Of a DNA stretch of 61,987 nucleotides, positions 27,466-37,068 are shown piece by piece (within the stretch, counting starts at the first letter, position 1; the number at the start of each line of letters is the position of its first letter). The DNA comes from an uncultured Candidatus Saccharibacteria bacterium (GTDB lineage Bacteria > Patescibacteriota > Minisyncoccia > Minisyncoccales > UBA5738): NCBI GenBank assembly GCA_964603475.1, contig CAZRVG010000001.1, positions 1-61,987 on the forward strand. Direction: 5' to 3'. A program made the position numbers and the translations under genes. The notes beneath the pieces are model-generated. The model made no database searches and was not told where the DNA came from. It worked only from the letters and a program-made list of their open reading frames with translations.

Positions 27466-28248
27466 ATGGATATCACCATTGTCAAAATCGCCGGCGCGGT
27501 AATCACAAAAAAAGAGAGCAAAAAGCCAAAAACCAATAACAGTAATATCCGCGCGATTGCCAAAATTTTAAAAGATTTCAATTCGCCCTATGTTTTGGTG
27601 CACGGCTCCGGATCATTCGGCCACCCATTGGCAAAAAAAACCGGCGTTGACAAAACCGTGATCAGCCAAGAGCAATTGCTGGCATTCGCGCAAATCCAAG
27701 AACTGCAAAATCGCCTCAATTATATTTTTTGCGACGCGCTGATGGGCAGCGGCATTCCCGCGTTTCCCGCGCAAGCATCAAGTCACACGATCTTGGAACG
27801 CGGACGATTGGCAAAAATGGAGACCGAAGCCTTGTTTGGGCTAATCAAGCTGAATATGGTGCCGGTTGTCTACGGCGTGCCTGCTTTTGACCGAATATGG
27901 GGTTCGGCAATTCTTTCTTACGATCAAATCGCAACCTATATTGCCAAACAATTGAAAGCAATCAGAATTATTGAAGTGGAAGACGTGGAAGGTATTTTCA
28001 CCGCCAATCCCAAGACAAATAAAAACGCCGAACTAATTCCATTGATCAATGAAAAAAATTGCCAAGAAGTGCGAAATTGCCTTTCGGGAAGCACCGCGCC
28101 CGACGTTACCGGCGGAATGAAACAAAAATATATTGAACTGTTGGATGCCGCCAAGAACGGCATCGTTTGCCAAATTGTTGATTTAAAACATTTCAAAGCC
28201 GCCCTGGAAAACCAACCCTGCGGCACGATTATTAACCTCCAAAAATAA
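27466..28248 (+). CDS. Isopentenyl phosphate kinase-like (amino-acid kinase family)
   Basis: KIAGAVITKK, VHGSGSFGHP (IPK-type His), DVTGGMKQK. Confidence 0.8.
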   Translation: MDITIVKIAGAVITKKESKKPKTNNSNIRAIAKILKDFNSPYVLVHGSGSFGHPLAKKTGVDKTVISQEQLLAFAQIQELQNRLNYIFCDALMGSGIPAFPAQASSHTILERGRLAKMETEALFGLIKLNMVPVVYGVPAFDRIWGSAILSYDQIATYIAKQLKAIRIIEVEDVEGIFTANPKTNKNAELIPLINEKNCQEVRNCLSGSTAPDVTGGMKQKYIELLDAAKNGIVCQIVDLKHFKAALENQPCGTIINLQK

Positions 28249-28282
28249 TTTAAAAAAATACAGCATTCGGTAAATCAAAAAA

Positions 28283-28741
28283 ATGATACAAATTCAAGAC
28301 GCTAAAGAAAAAATTCGGGAAGCGGTGCGAGAATTCAAAACGCTTGACCGCGCCGCCCTTTTGAAGGTCAACATTTACGAACCGACGATCAGCCATCGGA
28401 TCGCGGTGTATTTGGGAAATTTGTTTCGCGAACTGAATGTTGATTGCGAATACAGCCGCGACTTATTGAGCGACAGAAAAAAAGGTAATTGGAAAAACAT
28501 CCGGCCAGACATCATCATCCACAAAAGATTGATCCCGAACAATTGCATAATTTTTGAAATCAAAAAAAGCGGCAAGCGCAGTCAAAAAGCCGCCGCAAGC
28601 ATTAAAAAATTAGAAAACGCGATAGGCGATAACCTCGGATATGATTTGGGAGTTTTCATCGGCGTCTTAAAGCGCTGCGTTGACATCTGCTGGATTGAAA
28701 AAAATAACAACATTTTGCTGAAAAATTGCGAAATAATGTGA
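28283..28741 (+). CDS. PD-(D/E)xK nuclease-like hypothetical protein
   Basis: EPTISHRIAVYL, VDCEY, RPDIIIH, IFEIK. Confidence 0.65.
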   Translation: MIQIQDAKEKIREAVREFKTLDRAALLKVNIYEPTISHRIAVYLGNLFRELNVDCEYSRDLLSDRKKGNWKNIRPDIIIHKRLIPNNCIIFEIKKSGKRSQKAAASIKKLENAIGDNLGYDLGVFIGVLKRCVDICWIEKNNNILLKNCEIM

Positions 28742-28987
28742 CAATATAACCCCACCTTATCCAAAAAGGGCACAAGCTCTTTTTTTGATGAAAATTGAGA
28801 TTTTTAACACTCATGCCAATATTAAAATTTTCCATAATTATAACTTATTGAACAATGGCCACAAAAGTGATAGCGTGGATTATAAATTTACACTAAAAAT
28901 AAGCTTGATTTAAAGCGAAACACAACTTGTCTCGTTTGATCATTGTCTAAGGTCTTGTAAAAACAAGAATTAATTGAATATCTATTT

Positions 28988-29391
28988 ATGAATTATTATA
29001 TAAAAACTATTTGGGGCCCGCACGGCGATTGGTATCCTAAAGGCAAGTTTATTGAATTTCCCATCAAATGCAAAAATGCCTCCGAAAAATTTAAAGAATG
29101 TAGCGGTTTTTTAATTTACGAAACAGGGCGAGAGGAAAACGGATGTCGTGGTCGCAAGACGGTATTTGCCACCGGAAAAATTTCACGCAATCAAGAAAAT
29201 ATTCCTGAAAATAAAATTGATTGGGGTTGGTATGTAAGAGTTGATATCACAAAAAAACAATACCCGAAAATGGAGTGCCGATAAAATATTTGCGCGAGCT
29301 AGGTATTAAGCAATTTCAAATTCCATGTGGCCTGATTCCGATCACAAAAAATCAATTTGATAGGGTTGCCGAAAAATTAAATTCAAAATAA
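28988..29391 (+). pseudogene. EVE/PUA-like domain protein interrupted by a -1 frameshift at A7 (29251-29257)
   Basis: The -1 frame continues TIPENGVPIKYLRELG...GLIPITKNQFDRVAEKLNSK to TAA 29389-29391. Confidence 0.55.
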
Positions 29392-29398
29392 TCATTTT

Positions 29399-29584
29399 GT
29401 GATTATAAAGCCGGATTATTTAAAACATGCGATCGTACTACAAATAACGGAAAGCTGGCTAAAACTCACCGATCAAAGCATCCCAAAAGAAAACCTTCAA
29501 AAACTCGCCCGCGATATGCGGGCATATTGCCAACTGGACACCATGGCCATGGTAAAAATTCACGAAGCTTTGCTCAAGCTATAA
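29399..29584 (+). pseudogene. C-terminal remnant resembling DUF2779 nuclease proteins
   Basis: Ends in the AYCQLDTMAMVKI motif; no N-terminal part present. Confidence 0.55.
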
Positions 29585-29591
29585 AAATAAT

Positions 29592-30326
29592 ATGGAATAT
29601 ATTGTAAGTCGAAATTATAAAATCAGCACTGATGTTTTTGAGTCAAATGTGTTTTTCAACATTTGGTCCAAAAAAATGTGGCCATATGATGACACAAAAA
29701 TCGGCGACACCATCTATTGGTACGACCGAATGACTAATAAGATCAATTACCGATGCAAAATTGTTAGATTAAAAAAATTTGAATATTCAAGCAAAACCGC
29801 GTTGCTTGACGGATTGGTTGGGTTTTTCGGCCATTTGCAAGCACCGGATTATTTGAAGAAAAAAGCAAGCAAGGGATATTGCCTTTGCTACAAAATCGGC
29901 AGAGCAGTTAAGGTTGACCTTTATCGTCCGGCGGGAATATTTTTGCCGCAATTGGGTTGGTTGAAAGTTGACGACAAAATCAAATCCACTTGGCTCAACT
30001 CCAATCAGTTTAAAATAGCGGATGAAAAATCATTAAACAGAATTGGCAATCGGGATGTCGTTTTAGAGGTCAAAGAAAAATGCGGTTATCGCTGCCAATT
30101 CCCGGGATGTGGCAAACGAATCAAAACAAAAAACGGCTACTACGCGGAAGCCGCCCACATCGTGCCCGTGCGCGACAACGGCAAAACCAAAGCCGGAAAC
30201 TTGATTGTGCTTTGCCCAAACCACCACAAAGAATTCGATCTTGGCAAATTGAAAATTACCCGATATGACAAAAAATCGGTTTGCGGAACATTAAACGGCA
30301 AAAATTTCAAAATTAATCTTAAGTAA
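29592..30326 (+). CDS. HNH endonuclease with an N-terminal EVE/PUA-like domain
   Basis: CQFPGC...EAAHIVP...NLIVLCPNHHKEFD; N-terminal GDTIYWY pattern. Confidence 0.75.
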   Translation: MEYIVSRNYKISTDVFESNVFFNIWSKKMWPYDDTKIGDTIYWYDRMTNKINYRCKIVRLKKFEYSSKTALLDGLVGFFGHLQAPDYLKKKASKGYCLCYKIGRAVKVDLYRPAGIFLPQLGWLKVDDKIKSTWLNSNQFKIADEKSLNRIGNRDVVLEVKEKCGYRCQFPGCGKRIKTKNGYYAEAAHIVPVRDNGKTKAGNLIVLCPNHHKEFDLGKLKITRYDKKSVCGTLNGKNFKINLK

Positions 30327-30333
30327 AGCAACT

Positions 30334-30648
30334 ATGGCAAACAACTGGGGTATTCCCGATTGGCTCGAAAAGGAAGTCCGAAACAGGGACAAGCTTTGCG
30401 TTTATTGCCGCGTGAAAATGGAAAATAAACCGAAGAAAAATAACTTGCGCCACGGGGCAACTTTTGAGCATATAGATAACAACGGCGAACCAACCACTCA
30501 AAACATCGCCATGTGTTGCAATTCCTGCAACGCAAGTAAGGGAACAAAAAAATTATCGGATTGGCTCCAAACAGATTATTGTAAAGAAAAAAACATCAAC
30601 AAAAAAACAGTTGCCCCTATTATTAAAAAATTTATCGCCTCAAGCTAA
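30334..30648 (+). CDS. Small HNH endonuclease
   Basis: RDKLCVYC, FEHID, NIAMCCNSCNASKG. Confidence 0.85.
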   Translation: MANNWGIPDWLEKEVRNRDKLCVYCRVKMENKPKKNNLRHGATFEHIDNNGEPTTQNIAMCCNSCNASKGTKKLSDWLQTDYCKEKNINKKTVAPIIKKFIASS

Positions 30649-30771
30649 TTCCATAAAAAATATTTTTATCAGCAAAGGTTAGGCCTTTGCGCAAAAATTT
30701 CAATGTTGTTTCGCGGAGTTTATCCTCCTCTTTTTTTATTTCATTAATGTCAATTATTTTGACATTTTTTG

Positions 30772-30800
30772 TTGACAAATCTTAACATAGTTGCTACACT
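30772..30800 (+). promoter_or_regulatory. Promoter TTGACA-N17-TACACT
   Basis: Upstream of the XRE-DUF4065 gene. Confidence 0.65.
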
Positions 30801-30821
30801 TTATTCATAACCACAAAAAAT

Positions 30822-31508
30822 ATGGCTAACGCTTATTTTGATTTCATCAAACAAAGCCGTGAAGCGCTTGATATATCGCAAGCCGAAATGGCGGATAAGT
30901 TGGGTGTTTCGCGGCCAACCTACATCGCGGTTGAGAAAGGCGAGCGCGATCTTTCGTTGGAAGAAGCGCAAAAACTTGCCGATATTTTCGGCATTCCTTT
31001 GGATAATCTAAAACAGGGCATGGCGCAAAACTACGAAAAATACAAACAGATGATCTTGGCATATTTGCGTTTGGGCGCGGATTCGGACGGCAAAGTTACC
31101 AAAACCAAAATGGCAAAGCTTCTATACTTGGCCGATTTTGCGTGGTTCTATGATAAGCTGGAAAGCATGAGCGGCATGCAATACCGTAAAAATCACTACG
31201 GACCGGTGCCGGACATGTATTTTCGGGCGCTGGACGAATTGGAGGAAAACGGAACAATCGCCGTGAATCGCACTGCCAACGGCCCGATATTGATTTCTGA
31301 AAACGAAACATTGCAAAAAAGAGAGTTAGACCAAATTAGTGGCAAAGAATTGAATTTGATAAAAAAAATCGCGGCTAAATGGCAAAACAAAAGAACCAAT
31401 GAAATCGTGGCCTTCACGCATAATCAGCTGCCATACAAAATTTGCGAGGAAAACGAAATAATTCCTTACGGATTGATAGCGCAGGAGAATTCGGACTATG
31501 TCTATTAA
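30822..31508 (+). CDS. XRE-HTH fused to a DUF4065 (Panacea/SocA-like) antitoxin domain
   Basis: ISQAEMADKLGVSRPTY; KMAKLLYLADF...YGPVP. Confidence 0.85.
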   Translation: MANAYFDFIKQSREALDISQAEMADKLGVSRPTYIAVEKGERDLSLEEAQKLADIFGIPLDNLKQGMAQNYEKYKQMILAYLRLGADSDGKVTKTKMAKLLYLADFAWFYDKLESMSGMQYRKNHYGPVPDMYFRALDELEENGTIAVNRTANGPILISENETLQKRELDQISGKELNLIKKIAAKWQNKRTNEIVAFTHNQLPYKICEENEIIPYGLIAQENSDYVY

Positions 31509-31890
31509 ACACGCGGCAATAATCGAAAAATTCGCCCAACACCATTATATTAAAAAATTCAGCAAAAAATACGGACGGGCATGGGATATCACGCTTGCGG
31601 CGTTAATACGCGAGTTTCAAAGTTTTGATGTTTTATTTGAAAGAAATATTGCCAAAACAATTATTGATTCGGACAAAACCAAAATTTGCAAAACCGAATT
31701 CAATGTGGCCGGAAACAACAAATCCCGCCATGGGTCGGGGAATCGTTGCATTGTGGCAATAAACAAGATCAGAAGCACGATAAACGTGCTTTTGGTTTAT
31801 GGCAAAACCGATATTGGCGGCGGCAAGGAGACCGTCAGATGGAAAAATGTTATTCGTGAAAATTATCCCGCGTATCGCAACTTATTGTGA
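31498..31890 (+). CDS. Putative RelE-fold toxin
   Basis: Coupled to the antitoxin; RCIVA...VLLVYGKTD ending is typical of RelE/HigB-like folds. Confidence 0.55.
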   Translation: MSIKHAAIIEKFAQHHYIKKFSKKYGRAWDITLAALIREFQSFDVLFERNIAKTIIDSDKTKICKTEFNVAGNNKSRHGSGNRCIVAINKIRSTINVLLVYGKTDIGGGKETVRWKNVIRENYPAYRNLL

Positions 31891-32045
31891 TTCTTATCAA
31901 CACTAAAAGGTTGAATTTTGGGCGAAAACAGGCAATAATCAAGAGGAAATATAAACATACAAACATTTAATCATATAAACACAAACTCGCGGATCGGTTT
32001 TTGCTGTGATTAAATGATTAAATGGTTCTATGATTAAATGATTCT

Positions 32046-33113
32046 ATGAGCTTGCATATCGGAATCGTGGGATTGCCCAATGTGGGCAAATCCACTTTAT
32101 TTTCCACCATCACCAAAAAACAGGCCGAATGCGCCAATTATCCTTTTTGCACCATTGAGCCGAATATCGGCATGGTGCCGGTTAGCGACGAGCGCGTTGA
32201 CAAGCTGGCCGATTTAACCAAATCGGCAAAAAAAATTTTTGCCACCGTGGAATTCGTGGATATCGCCGGATTGGTAAAAGGCGCCGCGCAAGGGGAGGGA
32301 TTGGGCAACAAATTTTTGCAAAACATCCGCGAAACCGACGCGATTTTGTATATTCTGCGCGCGTTTGCCAATGAAAAAATCGTCAACACGCAAGATTCAA
32401 TTGATCCTTGGCGCGACAAAGAAATTTTAGACACCGAATTGGCGTTAAAAGACTTGGAAACCGTATCAAAGCGGCTTGAATCCGTGGAAAGCGAAGTACG
32501 AGGCAATAAACCCGGCGCCAAAGAAGAAATGCAGGCCTTGCAAAAAGCAAAGCCGCTTTTGGAAGAGGGGAAAATATTATCCGAAATTGAATTCAACGAT
32601 GAAGAAAAAAAGAATATCAACCGTTTACAATTACTCACAATGAAACCCCGCCTTTATGTTCTAAACGGCAAAATTGGCGAAATAGGGGATAACATCATCA
32701 AAAATTTCAAAGAGAAAAATTTGCCCCATATTGCCATTGATATTCTTGGCGAAAACGAAGGCGAAGGACTCACCGAGCAAGAAAAAAAGGACTTTGACCT
32801 GCCTTCGGGGAAAAATTTGGATTTACTGATAAAAAAATCTTACGAACTTTTGGATTTAATCACCTTTTTCACCACCGGCCCCGACGAAACCCGCGCATGG
32901 ACGCTAAAAAGGGGAAGCGCTACTCCAAAAGCCGGAGGCGTCATCCACACCGATTTTGAAAAAAAATTCATCCGCGCCGAAGTCATTCATTGGCAAAAAC
33001 TGATTGAAGCCGGCGGCTTCACTCAAGCGCGCGAAAAGGGACTGATCGCCACGGTAGGCAAGGATTATATCGTCCAAGACGGCAATGTAGTCGAAATCAA
33101 AGCCGGAGCATAA
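32046..33113 (+). CDS. ychF: Redox-regulated ATPase YchF
   Basis: GIVGLPNVGKSTLF, NYPFCTIEPN, DIAGLV, GVIHTDFE. Confidence 0.97.
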   Translation: MSLHIGIVGLPNVGKSTLFSTITKKQAECANYPFCTIEPNIGMVPVSDERVDKLADLTKSAKKIFATVEFVDIAGLVKGAAQGEGLGNKFLQNIRETDAILYILRAFANEKIVNTQDSIDPWRDKEILDTELALKDLETVSKRLESVESEVRGNKPGAKEEMQALQKAKPLLEEGKILSEIEFNDEEKKNINRLQLLTMKPRLYVLNGKIGEIGDNIIKNFKEKNLPHIAIDILGENEGEGLTEQEKKDFDLPSGKNLDLLIKKSYELLDLITFFTTGPDETRAWTLKRGSATPKAGGVIHTDFEKKFIRAEVIHWQKLIEAGGFTQAREKGLIATVGKDYIVQDGNVVEIKAGA

Positions 33114-33145
33114 AAACAAGAATACAGATTTAAGATTTAAGATTT

Positions 33146-33700
33146 ATGAATTTAAAAAATATTATTCTTTTTTTATCAATCGGAGCTTTGATTGTTGCTG
33201 TCTTTTATTTTTTTATCCTTAAAAGAAGCACCAACGAGCCGATAAACAATGATAATGACATTGCCGATTTTGAGGACTGCATAAACGCCGGATACGCAAT
33301 AATGGAAAGCTATCCGGCAAGGTGCAAAACTGCGGATGGAAAAACTTTCACCGAAAACATCGGCAACGAAATTTCGCTGGTTGATCTGATAAGAATCAAT
33401 TCCCTGCGGCCAAACCAAACCGTAAAATCACCGCTAACAATTTCGGGACAAGCGCGCGGCTATTGGTTTTTTGAAGCCTCGTTTCCGGCCAAACTTTTGG
33501 ACGCAAACAACAATACAATCGCACAGGGAATCGCGCAGGCGCAAGGTGAATGGATGACCGAAGATTTTGTTCCTTTTTTGGCAACGATTGAATTTAACAC
33601 TCCGCAAACCCCAACCGGGACTTTGATATTGCAAAAAGATAATCCTTCAGGATTGCCCGAACACAACAACCAACTTATCGTGCCAATCAAATTCAAATAA
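33146..33700 (+). CDS. Membrane-anchored protein with a Cys-pair module and Gmad2-like Ig domain
   Basis: DFEDCINAGYAIMESYPARC; SPLTISGQARGYWFFEASFP; DNPSGLP. Confidence 0.8.
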   Translation: MNLKNIILFLSIGALIVAVFYFFILKRSTNEPINNDNDIADFEDCINAGYAIMESYPARCKTADGKTFTENIGNEISLVDLIRINSLRPNQTVKSPLTISGQARGYWFFEASFPAKLLDANNNTIAQGIAQAQGEWMTEDFVPFLATIEFNTPQTPTGTLILQKDNPSGLPEHNNQLIVPIKFK

Positions 33701-33727
33701 AATACTTATAATATTGTGCAACATTTC

Positions 33728-33756
33728 AAAACCGCCCATGGAAGGCGGTTTTTTAC
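33728..33756. terminator. Bidirectional terminator
   Basis: aaaaccgcc-catggaa-ggcggtttttt. Confidence 0.8.
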
Positions 33757-33791
33757 TTTTTTTTATCCAATAATTTGGCAATTCAGCGATT

Positions 33792-34772
33792 CTATTGTTC
33801 GCGGCTATTTTTCATCTTTCGGCCGCTGTGGAATTGACGGTGAATATCGCGCAAGCGCTTGTTGGTTACGTGCGTGTAAATTTGCGTGGTCATAATACTG
33901 CGGTGTCCCAAAAATTCCTGAATCGCGCGCAAATCCGCGCCCTGCGCCAGCAAATCGGTGGCCATGGAATGGCGCAAAGTGTGCGGCGTGGTAAAAAGCG
34001 GCAATCCCGCGGAAATCACATAATTTTTAAGAATCCGCTCAATCGAACAAGCCGTTAAGCGCTTTGGGGCGTCCTTGCGCGAACGAAAATTAATAAACAG
34101 CGCCTTTTCGTCTTTTTCGCAAATATCGTCGCGGATTTTTAAATATTTTTTGATCCACTCCAGGGCGCGCCCGGAAAAATAAACCGTGCGCGGATGCTTT
34201 CCTTTGCCGATAATTCCCAATTCCAACTCTTTGTTTTCCTTCAAATTGGCAAATTGCTCGCGATTGAGCGCGACCAGCTCGGCAATGCGCAAGCCGGTGG
34301 AAAAAAGCGCCTCCAAAATCGCGCGATCGCGCGTTCCCGCGTCGGTATCGATATTGGGAGCCAATAAAAGTTTTTCCACCTGGTCCAAATTCAAAAACTT
34401 TACCGTTTTTTCCTTTTTTGCGTCGCGGGGCAAATTCACCTTGTCCGCAGGTAAAGAAACTATATCCTTGGCCGTAAAATAGCCCAATAGCGCCCTCAAA
34501 GCAATCAAGTAGTAGTTTTGTGTAGCTTTTGATAAATTGCACCCCCTTGCGTCGATAAAACGGGACAAATACACTCTGTAATCCCAAACATCATCGGAAT
34601 TGAGCTCATGAGGCAAAATTTCGGCTTTTTGGCGTTTTTTTAACCAATCAATGAATCTTTGCAGATAACGGCGATAGTTTATCTGTGTTTTTTCGGACAG
34701 CCCTTTTTCAATCTCGCAATAATCAAGAAAGTCGGGGATATGGGCAATAATGGTTTTTTTTGATTTATTCAT
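33792..34772 (-). CDS. XerC/XerD-family tyrosine recombinase
   Basis: TGLRIAEL, GKG, TPHTLRHS, LGH, TQIYTHV; N-terminal SAM-like domain. Confidence 0.93.
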   Translation of the reverse strand: MNKSKKTIIAHIPDFLDYCEIEKGLSEKTQINYRRYLQRFIDWLKKRQKAEILPHELNSDDVWDYRVYLSRFIDARGCNLSKATQNYYLIALRALLGYFTAKDIVSLPADKVNLPRDAKKEKTVKFLNLDQVEKLLLAPNIDTDAGTRDRAILEALFSTGLRIAELVALNREQFANLKENKELELGIIGKGKHPRTVYFSGRALEWIKKYLKIRDDICEKDEKALFINFRSRKDAPKRLTACSIERILKNYVISAGLPLFTTPHTLRHSMATDLLAQGADLRAIQEFLGHRSIMTTQIYTHVTNKRLRDIHRQFHSGRKMKNSREQ

Positions 34773-35102
34773 TTGTCGTGGAATTAAGCGGGGAATAATA
34801 ATTATGGTTCAATAGAATAAAAGATAAAAAAAATAAAAAAACAATTCACAAAAAATAAAATCCAATAAATTTAAAATAAAAACAAAAAAATTATAACTTT
34901 TTATCGGGGGAAGGCTTTAAAAAGATAAAACTTTCGGGATGCGGGATCACCCGGCAAAAAGGGTAAAACCTTCCAAAATCCGGCATTTTTGACAAAATGG
35001 CAAAAATCCCGTTCACAATGTTGATTAACCTGCATTGTGCAACATTTATAATAACACGCCAAAAGCTCCTCCGCAATTGGAACTCCTCGCCTCTCTCCGG
35101 CG

Positions 35103-35408
35103 CTAATTCCAGAACAATAAAAATTGCTTGATGCGCTCGCCGATCGCGGGAAGGTATTCTTTCGCGGACTGGTAAATATTCCCCGCGTCGCGCTTCGTTT
35201 CTTGAATTTGGATACCGATATCCTCTTTAATTTCCGGCGCGCGCTCTTGGGCTTCCCCGAATAAACAATCAAAAACGGCGCGCGATCCGCCCTCCACCCA
35301 ATCAAAAAAACTGTCCGAAATAAAAACAATTCCCGCAATCACTATAATTGCCAGCAGCAACAGCTTAAATAGCGCCCAAGATATTAATCGAATAAAGTTT
35401 GCGCACAT
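35103..35408 (-). CDS. Hypothetical membrane-anchored protein
   Basis: Single N-terminal TM; follows gltX. Confidence 0.6.
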   Translation of the reverse strand: MCANFIRLISWALFKLLLLAIIVIAGIVFISDSFFDWVEGGSRAVFDCLFGEAQERAPEIKEDIGIQIQETKRDAGNIYQSAKEYLPAIGERIKQFLLFWN

Positions 35409-36943
35409 TTTGAACCGTTTAAAAGCTCCAACGCGAAATCAATTCTTTTCATGGTTTTTGTTTTTCCCAAAACATCCGCCATTTCAAACGGACCGATTGA
35501 CATTTTTTGGCCGCAAAGCGCCACGCGCAACGGCCACAGCAAATACCCGCGGTCTTTTTCGGGCAAGCCCCTCGAAAGATTATATTCGTTTATTTTCGGC
35601 AGCACCGCCTCTTCCAAATTCTGCCGATTCCAATCCCCCGCTTCTATTTTTGACAACATTTTTTTTAATTCGTCAAGAGCAAATTTTGTTTCCTCAAAAG
35701 ACGAATCTTTCCATTTTAGCAATTCTTTTTCATATTTCATTTCGCCCGCGAAAAAATACTCGGAGATTTCGGCAATTTCAGAAATTTTTTTAAGCCGCGT
35801 TTTCTGGTATTCGGCGATTTTTTCAAAAAACTTAAAATCAATACTCTCCCCTGTCCGCGCGTTTTTATAATTTGTTTTTCCTCCATCGCCCTCTTTTTGC
35901 TCAATCACAAAATTTTTCGAAACAAAATAAGGAACGCAGAGGCGCGCCAAATCGCTGATTGAAAGTTCTCTAATATATAAACTGTTTAAATAATCAAGGC
36001 GCGCCAAATTGAATATCGCGCCCCCTTTTTGTATTTTATCCAAAGAAAAATCACGAATCAATTCTTCTTTTGAATAAATTTCCTTTTCCGTTCCCGGATT
36101 CCATCCCAAAAAAGCGATAAAATTAATCATTGCTTCGGCAAGATATCCTTGTTTTCGATATTCGCAAACCGGCACGGCGCAATGCCTCTTTGATAATTTT
36201 GATCGATCCGGCCCCAAAAGCAAGGGCAAATGCGCGTACCTTACCGGCGGAAAATCAAACGCCTCCTGAATTAATATTTGTTTGGGGGTGTTGGGCAAAA
36301 TATCTTCACCGCGCAAAATATGCGTGATTCCCATTTCAAAATCATCGACCGTGACAATAAAATTATAAAGCGCGTTCTCCATATCCTTGGCAATCACAAA
36401 GTCGCCGATCAAACCGGCATCAAACTCAATTTTGCCGCGCACAAGATCGTTAAATTTTATTTTTTTGGTTTGCGTCCGAAATCTGATAACCGCCCTTTCT
36501 CCGCACGCGACGCGCTCCGCGGCTTCAGCCTTTGAAATTTGAGCACACTTGCCGGAATATTTTGGCGCTTCTCCGCGCGACATTTGATACTGCCTTTGAG
36601 CTTCCAATTCTTCTTGAGAACAAAAGCAGTAATAAGCCTTGTTTTCGTCAATCAAGCGAGAAAGATATTTTTTATAAATTTCGCTTCTTTGCGATTGATA
36701 AAAAGGCCCTTCATTCCATTCAATTCCCAGCCAGCGCAAACTCGCGATGATATCTTCGCAAAACTCGGGCTTAGAACGATCCTTATCCGTGTCTTCCAGG
36801 CGAAAAACAACTGTTCCGCGATTTTGACGCGCGAAAAGATAATTGAATAGCGCGGTTCTCGCCGTGCCGATATGCGTATATCCGGTTGGCGACGGCGGAA
36901 TTCGCACCCGCACTTTATCGCTTTTTTGATTGTGTGCCAACAT
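35384..36943 (-). CDS. gltX: Glutamate--tRNA ligase
   Basis: PSPTGYTHIG, RLEDTD, HILRGED, KLSKRH. Confidence 0.97.
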   Translation of the reverse strand: MLAHNQKSDKVRVRIPPSPTGYTHIGTARTALFNYLFARQNRGTVVFRLEDTDKDRSKPEFCEDIIASLRWLGIEWNEGPFYQSQRSEIYKKYLSRLIDENKAYYCFCSQEELEAQRQYQMSRGEAPKYSGKCAQISKAEAAERVACGERAVIRFRTQTKKIKFNDLVRGKIEFDAGLIGDFVIAKDMENALYNFIVTVDDFEMGITHILRGEDILPNTPKQILIQEAFDFPPVRYAHLPLLLGPDRSKLSKRHCAVPVCEYRKQGYLAEAMINFIAFLGWNPGTEKEIYSKEELIRDFSLDKIQKGGAIFNLARLDYLNSLYIRELSISDLARLCVPYFVSKNFVIEQKEGDGGKTNYKNARTGESIDFKFFEKIAEYQKTRLKKISEIAEISEYFFAGEMKYEKELLKWKDSSFEETKFALDELKKMLSKIEAGDWNRQNLEEAVLPKINEYNLSRGLPEKDRGYLLWPLRVALCGQKMSIGPFEMADVLGKTKTMKRIDFALELLNGSKCAQTLFD

Positions 36944-37068
36944 AGTTTTAGAGCGTTGAATAATTGTTGAATTCTGCCAATTTAAGAATTGTTTGAGCTT
37001 AATTTTTTCCCAAATTTGACAATTTTGTCAATTATTTAACGCTCTCAGTTTATAATATCAACAAAAAT

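Noticed and set aside
28745-28985. Possible gene remnant or ncRNA in the gap before the EVE-like gene
   Set aside because: No convincing ORF, motif or stable structure could be read.
33792-34772. Integron integrase or prophage integrase
   Set aside because: No IntI-specific insertion, no attC array and no phage genes; it resembles chromosomal XerC/D.
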